From Lama glama (Eukaryota): a stretch of 64,000 nucleotides of DNA. The notes under the pieces are model-generated. The model was not told the origin of the DNA. It ran no database searches and saw only the letters and a program-made list of their open reading frames with translations. Shown in pieces: positions 56,701 to 64,000 of the stretch (position 1 is the stretch's first letter; every line of letters starts with the position of its first letter). The translations under genes were made by a program, and so were the position numbers. The stretch is from assembly GCA_028534125.1 (NCBI GenBank), contig CM052817.1:40488001-40552000 (forward strand), read 5' to 3'.

Positions 56701-59700
56701 GATGGCTAGACCATAGGATTTTGAGGGCAAGGATGAGGTATACCCTTCTTACAGCTGTATCTCAAAGCACACCACAGTACTTGGGACATGTACATAACTC
56801 AAGTATCTGCTGAAAGAATGGCGTCCATGTATGACAAACGTCTTAAAAATTACCTGATCACCATGATTCTTTCTTGGTAATCAGAACACCTACAGAATAC
56901 GCCATCAGAAGGTGATGTGCAAAACAATTCAGATATAAATAACCTGTCAGTAACCTGTGCACTGGGGACATGATTACTCTTGGGTTAAAATGCATTTACT
57001 TGCAATTGTAGCACACGTATCTTTCCAAATCCAATGACACATTCAATAAAATTTTAGTGTCGATTATATGCTAAGATATGCTAGTCCCTGAGTGGGGCAT
57101 AAAGGCAACTGAAAAGATAAACAAGTCACAATCCCTTTTCTCAAAAAGCTAATAAGCTTTTTAACAATCTAGGGGGGGAAGGAGGGGTGGCAGGTAAATA
57201 AACAACTGTAAGGTGGTACAACGGGTGAGACAAGCAGAGCATGTGCAGAATGCTGTGCAGATCCAGGGTACAACGGCCCTGCGGCAGTCTTAGCAATAAC
57301 CAGTCTAAAAAACAGAAGACAAATACATGCTATGAGCATAGGCCCCAAGTATATAATTCAGAGAAAGCCTTAAATTTTAAGGGAAACTATAATCAGGTGG
57401 AATCCAAGAAGTCTGCTTATTTAAATTTATTCATTCATTTATTCAAGTCTGTACTAAATGCCCAGTACAGGGCAGGCCCTTGTGGAAAGGGCTGAGGGTA
57501 TAATTGTCAGCAAAACCCACACGTGCTCCCTAATCTCAAGGAGTCCAGTAGCAGAAACAGACATTAAACTTAAGAAAGTACTTTAATAAATGGTACAAAT
57601 GAGAGGTACATACTACCATTAGGGCATAAAACAGGAAAGTCTGATCGAGTGAGGGAAGTTAGGGAAGGCTATGCTGGAGAAGTGATCACAGAACTGAGAC
57701 CTAAAGCAATGATTCTCAAAGTGAGACCAGGACCTGCAGTCCTTTCAGAAGGCCCAACTCTAAGTTCAACTTAAATTGCAAACGAAAATATACAACAAAA
57801 GAAAGTTATTATGGCTTTTTAAAAATGGTAGGACTTAAGTGGTTACCTCTCTTCATGATACATTATTCAAATTTCACCTGCCCTGGAAAAAATAAAGAAG
57901 TCATTCAATTTTGCTTGTTCTTGTGTGGCATTCCAGTAAGTAATGGATCGCTCAGCAGATTCAGGATAAACAGTGTGATCAGGCAAAATTTTCAGCATAC
58001 TTGACACAAAAGCCTTGCTTAAGCTCAATAAAAACTCATTCTTGGTCTTAAAGAAGGAAAACGAAGAGCTAAGATTGACAGCTTTCTCTTACTGCAAGAG
58101 ATTCCTTTTAATGTGCTGATGTATTTCTGATTTTCTGCTTTTTCAGTTTTCCCATCATGCCCTCCCTATTCCTTTTTTTCTCCTACTTAACACCTCTCCC
58201 ACACTCCTGCACTGTGGGATGACTGCAAAACGCCCCCCTCCTTTGAGAATGCCACCTCAGAAGACATAGCAGAACTGAAGGGACCCGGACACAGCCACTC
58301 CTCTAATAGGCAGACACACGTCCACAAAGGGGGAAGTTCAAAACAAAAGTTATAGTTGCACTGGGCATGCTGCAAAATAATTGGAAACAATCTAAATCTT
58401 TTATCAGCTAGAGAATAAACTGGGGTATATTCATACTCATTATGCAGCAATTAAAAATTAATGTACTGAGAGTATTTACCAACATGAATATAAACTAGAA
58501 TATGAATAAAACTCTAATACAAAATGGGATGTATTCAGGCCCTGTTATAGCTGCAATGTTTTATTTCTTTAACACTTGAAACAAACATATTATCAAAATT
58601 TAATTTGCTTTGTGGTGGGGCGCATGGTCACTACATTACTCTTTATTCTTGCTTATTTTAAATGTGTTACAATTAAAAAACAAACAAGCCAGCTTTGACC
58701 CTTCATCCTACACTTTTCTCACTTGGTCATCCCCCTCCAGTGTCCTGCCTCCACTATTTCCCAACTCCCAAGCAACTGGAAATATTCCCAGGGGAAAACT
58801 TCTGATCAGGTTCAGGGCTGCCCAGTAACTGAAGAGCTGAAGAACTCAAAAGTTATAAAAAGGCATGCAGTGCTACACTACTTTGTGCTTCGCAAAGTCG
58901 AATTTTCTATATCCAGCTTTACTGGTACCAAGAACAATTCATAGAAAGCCTGTTAATCCTGAGAGCCCAGGTTCTTAACCTCAGAGCCAGCAGATGAAGA
59001 GCACAGACTCTGGGCAGCATGCCAGGCTAGGATCCTCCCTCAGCCTTTCACTAGCTGTGTTCAAGTAACTTGTCCTTTCTCAGCCTGCTTCCTCATCTGC
59101 TAAATGACAATGATAGTACCAAACAAAGTCACTGCAGTCATTAGAGGTAATTAGATGGATGAAAGCACCCAGTACCTTACCACTAATTATATACCCACAA
59201 ACATTTAAACAGGGCAAGGATCTTCTTTACCCCGATTCAGTAATAGCAGAGAAGTCCCCAGAGGATCAATAACAAGCACAGCCAACTCATTCACTCAACA
59301 TTTCCTGAGGACCTACTGAGTTGCCAGGCACTTCTGATAACGGAGTTATGAACCATAGTCCCTCTCCTCAGAGAACTCATGGAAATAAAAGGTCAAGGTT
59401 TCAAACAATTCCTAACTTTTAGGAAAAGGCTGAGAAATCAGAAATTACTTTAGGACTCCTGGTCATCCAATGTGCCTCTTTCCTCTATATATTAAACTTT
59501 TCCCCTGCACAAAGTAAACAAAGCTAGGCAATGAAGCTAGAACTTGGTAAAACTGGAATATCAGTATTACCTGGGATTGGCAAATTAGCAGACTGTTCTA
59601 CTTTGGTGCAAAAGTGTTACTGCATAACATAAAAGTACATGGAGCAAATAACTAAACTGTGAAGATTTTAACTATTCTTTCTTATTGAGCATCCATCTAT

Positions 59701-60809
59701 CACGCAAAATAAATAAAATGCCTTCGAGTTGCTTATTTTTAAAAGCTAGTAATTATACCACAGCCTGATATATACTATGATACCAGATAAGAATGCTCTA
59801 AAAATAGACTTTTTAAAGCTAGTGCTTATTGTCCAAGCATGCCCACTGAAAACTTTCAGGCTTTAAAAGGAATTCCAGAAATAACTGTGATGATAAACGT
59901 TTTAACTTCAGTTATAATCCATTTACAGATAATTTCAGAATACTATAGTATGGGAAAAAAAACGCTGAAATAAATCCAGGATTCAACAAACATGTGAATA
60001 TTTTTAGTCCACCAGGAGGCCTCCACGGGGTTGTTACAGTTTAGTAGTACTTATAACAAAAGGCTATGGAACTACATGAGAGTATTTGTCTTTCAGGGGC
60101 CTATGATTCAATTCCACTAAATGCTAGAGGGGATACTATGCAAGCAGCAATTTGTATCACTTTATACAACTCAGTGATAGCATTCCGAAAGAGCTCCATT
60201 AAGGGCCACAAAATTTCTGAAGACCTAATTAAAGAAGTTGCCTCATAAATGTTTAGAAGGCCAAATATGGATTTGTTTTATGGTCAAGTAGTCATTTTAA
60301 TGAAAAGGTCATTGAATCAATAAAAATAAAATTGTTGCTATAATATGTACTCAAGTCTCCTTTGAAGAAAATGGGCAATAAAAAGGTAATGGGAAATACT
60401 CAGAGTACTACAGCTATTTAAAGAAACGATTTAAAAGCCTTCCAAAGGAACCACACAATGCAAATGATTTATAGTACTTGAGAACTGGACATCTTTTCAG
60501 CCAGAAAATTAAACAACACAAAGGCAATTATTGATGGGCTATTATTTCTCTATTAATCTCAGAGGATAAAAAGCAAAGGAAATTTAAGTGGCTTGATGGG
60601 TCTCAAAAACAAATTACATTCTCTAAATAAGAAATAAAACAGATACATAGAGCATAATGTTATTTTGGGGAATATCTAACAGATAGAACAAAATCTAAAA
60701 GAATATGGACATAAAGGTTTACAAAGGTTTTCTGTGGGTCATGAGATTTCAAGGGAAAAAATTTTTCTTTTTTGATGTATCTATTTTCTACAATGAAAGT
60801 GTATGATCT

Positions 60810-61085
60810 TTTTTTAAACTGAGATACAACTGACATATAACAGTATGTTAGTCTCAGGTGGAAAACATAATGGTTCAATATTTGCATATATTGTGAAATG
60901 ATCACCACAGTAAGTCTAGTTGACACCCACCACCACACAGTAAGACAAAGTTTTTTCTTATGATGAGAACTTTTAAGATCTATACTCTTTGCAACCTTCA
61001 AATATACAATACAGTATTATTAACCACAGTCACCATGTTGTATATTATATCCTTATGACTTACTTATTTTAAAACTAGAAATGTG
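60810..61085 (-). mobile_element. L1 3' end fragment
   Basis: ATATTGTGAAATGATCACCACAGTAAGTCTAGTT...AACTTTTAAGATCTA. Confidence 0.75.
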
Positions 61086-62580
61086 CACCTGCTTGAACAC
61101 TTCTAATGATGGGGAATTTACTACCTCTCGGAGTGATCCATACTATCCAACAGATAGCTTCAGCAGTTGTGATATCAGAATTGCTCCTTAAATATCCTTC
61201 CTGAAGACCATACTAGGAATTACCAAGAGAAGTTTTGGTGCTCAGGCTTCTACACAGGGCCACATGGGGCTCAGGAATTATAACTCTGCTGTCCCTATTT
61301 TCATGGGGTAAGCAGAGACATAACCATTCCCCTTTGAAAGCTGAAGACTTTAGAATATTAGATTTCACCTGCAGTCAGAAAGAATTAATAAACGTGCTGC
61401 TCATAAGCCAAAAGTATCTTCTAAATCCCATTAAGATTAGACTGTAATTAAAGAAAGATAAACTATAATCTAATTAATTGCAGTGAATCACATCTCACAA
61501 GAAAAGGTTATCGTTACAAGGGGCTAGCAGTTGGGATAAGGTTTAAAGAAGCAGCAGAGAGACAGAATATCCATAACTCATGAGTTCCAGAGAGGGAACA
61601 GAGTCCTATTCCCTAAGAGTGGAGGGGAAGGGGAGGGAACTGACTTTTAACTCTGAATCCACCTACCACCCCTGCAAGGTGCCCCCCTTGTGAACAGATG
61701 AAGAAACTGAGGTTCAAAAACGTTTCACTACTGGCACAAAGTAAAGCCACGATTCAAACCTAGGCCTATCAAACCCCAATGCATGAGCCTATCCAGCTGT
61801 GTGGGTGGATGACTTCAGGGAGCACAGCTCACTAGGACCACCCAACTCCCTGGATCTGATATTATATTCTCTATAGAAATTTCTAACACATCTTTTCTCA
61901 AAGAGACTTCTACAAAGAAAAAGAGAGATTCTGGTTCACCAGACAGTTCTGTAATAGTTCCAGTAAATAGGAATGAGTAGTTGTAGTAATAGTGGGATTA
62001 ACTGCCAGCATTTACTGAGCACTCCCTATTCCAGGCACTTCTCTATCTACAGCCAATCTTTAGTGATGGCATCTAATCCATGATTTTAAATACCGTCTAT
62101 TGCCGATGACCCCTAAATCCACAGCTTTAGCCTGGACCTTCTGTCTGAACTCCAGACTGATTTCCAACTGCCTATCCCAGATGTCTGAAACAAGACTCTT
62201 CTTTCTACCCCTAAACTCTCCTTCTCCCACATCTCCACGACCTCCGTTAAGTGGCAGCTCCATCCTTCCAGATCCTCAGGTCAAAAGCCTTAGTCATCTT
62301 TGACTCGTTTCTCTCGCACTCCACATCCAATCAATTCATCAGCAAATCCTGTCAGCCCTACCTTCAAAATATATCCAGAATCTAATCACTTCTCACCATG
62401 GCCACTGCTACCAAGCACTCCAAATTTACTCAATGAATTGATTAATGAATGGCCTGAATGATGTCATTTCAACCCGCATAATAACCCCGTGAAATAAGTG
62501 CTCTTATTTCCTCCATTTTACAGAGGCACATAAAGGTTAAGTATAAGTTAAGAAGCTCTGATTTTACTTTAGCAATCAGA

Positions 62581-62688
62581 TTTTTTTTAAGGATTTTTTT
62601 TTATTCTTTTGATGGAGGTACAGGGGATTGAACCCAAGACCCATGCATGCTAAGCACGTGCTCTATCACTGAGCTATACCCTCCCCTC
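62581..62688 (-). mobile_element. tRNA-derived SINE (camelid-type)
   Basis: Reverse complement GGGGAGGGTATAGCTCAGTGATAGAGCACGTGCTTAGCATGCATG. Confidence 0.88.
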
Positions 62689-63498
62689 AATCAAGTCCTT
62701 TTTTTTCAGTTCGAAGAGTCAGATCCCTAGAGCCTGATCATCCTGGTTGAAGGCATTTAATTAACTTACTGAACTTACAATGCTGTGGACCCACAGCAGT
62801 GGGGCCCAGTGCAGGAGTCAGCCAGCCTCTTGCAGCGTATCAGCTTAACTGCCAAGCACTGGTCCGACCATGAGATCCTCTCCGAAGTCCTACCTAAGTC
62901 CCATTGCTGGGGTTACCACTAGTTTCCAAACCCCATATGTTAGTCTCTCTTTACTCAGCACTACACTTTTTAGACTTAAGAAAAGGAATTTGTTAGGAGG
63001 TCACATAATGAATCACTGAAAAGAAAATCAAGTTAAGAAATGGACCACTCATGTACATACCTAGAAGACAAAGAACCCTTTTCTGTATTAAAGAATTCTG
63101 TCCTTGAAAAGAAATCTCTGTTTCTGAAATGGCGTCCCCTGGTAAGGTTCCAATGAGGTTCCAGGAGGGCCTTTGAGGACAGGACTACCGACTTTCCACA
63201 CAGTGCAGAGAGGTGATGCTGGAGAACTGGATGCTGTGGGACCAGAGTGGGTGGCTTCCACCCCTTCTGACTCCTGCCTCCACCAAAACCATTTTTGAAT
63301 ATTAAATGACTTTATAAATGTGAAAATCAAAAGTTTTATTTAAAAATAAGCTTTTACTGTATAAAAAAGTGCCTTTTTTTTTCTTTAGTGGAGGCATGAC
63401 ATGGGGGTCAGCTGTGAGAATGGAAAATTTTAAGAACCATCAGACATTTTAAGAACCTTCAGAGCTAAACACAGGATATCCTTTAAAAGTTTATCAGA

Positions 63499-63818
63499 AT
63501 CGCTTCTATACGTAATCTAAAAAACAAAAGGGACACAGATGAACTAATTATTTATACCTTAGATGAACATTTGACTGTCCTTTATGATTGGATTACTGCA
63601 TTCTGTTGATTCTTATTTTGTGGTTGGCTTTATTCCTTTGATAATCAGGTTTAAAAAGCTAAAGCTCTAAACTGTTCTTACAAACAATGAACAGTACATA
63701 TACATAATTTTTTTTTAAATTTGCAGTATATTGTATAGATGTATTTACATGTAATATATTGGATATGTGCAGTCATTGTATAAATTTTTACCTAATAAAA
63801 CTGAAAAATGAAAAAAAA
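63499..63818 (+). mobile_element. Retroposed insert: short L1-3'UTR-like start, unidentified AT-rich tail, AATAAA and poly(A)
   Basis: Imperfect TSD AAAAGTTTAT(C/T)AG at 63485 and 63815; AATAAA at 63794-63799. Confidence 0.6.
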
Positions 63819-64000
63819 GTTTATTAGCACAAGATAAAGGCCTACTTCAGTGTTTTTACAACAGGGGTTATATATTAGAATTGGTACCTTTTTGGGGTTG
63901 ATGTGACTACATTTCTTTCGAGGATACAAGTGACTTTACTGTATGCAAAGGAAAAAAATCCAAAGGAATATTCACCAAACTCTTAATGAGTACTGCTGAG

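Overview
Mammalian genomic DNA. Recurrent tRNA-derived SINEs of the type 'GGGGAGGGTATAGCTCAGTGGTAGAG...CTTAGCATGCATGAGGTCC' suggest a camelid (inference). Two convergent genes are present. TMEM150C lies on + with all 7 coding exons (13453-27543, 249 aa), and its last intron is a U12-type minor intron. ENOPH1 lies on - with coding exons 2-6 (56274-44900); exon 1 lies beyond the window. The rest is mostly L1, L2, MIR, MaLR/ERV LTR and DNA-transposon relics, plus a 500-N assembly gap whose flanks overlap. The standout observation is upstream of the first TMEM150C coding exon (about 0.55-7.2 kb, + strand). There the unique DNA between repeats reads as a heavily decayed, collinear relic of a Mononegavirales-type L polymerase gene, i.e. 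a non-retroviral endogenous viral element. Pre-motif A, motifs A, B and C (QGDNQ), the SLK, DPxSL and CxxC blocks and the GxxT...HR capping motifs occur in the right order, several at the expected spacing. The relic is interrupted by MIR, MaLR and L1 insertions, implying great age. This call rests on manual translation across frameshifts and needs a profile search to confirm. Repeat boundaries and family names are approximate.
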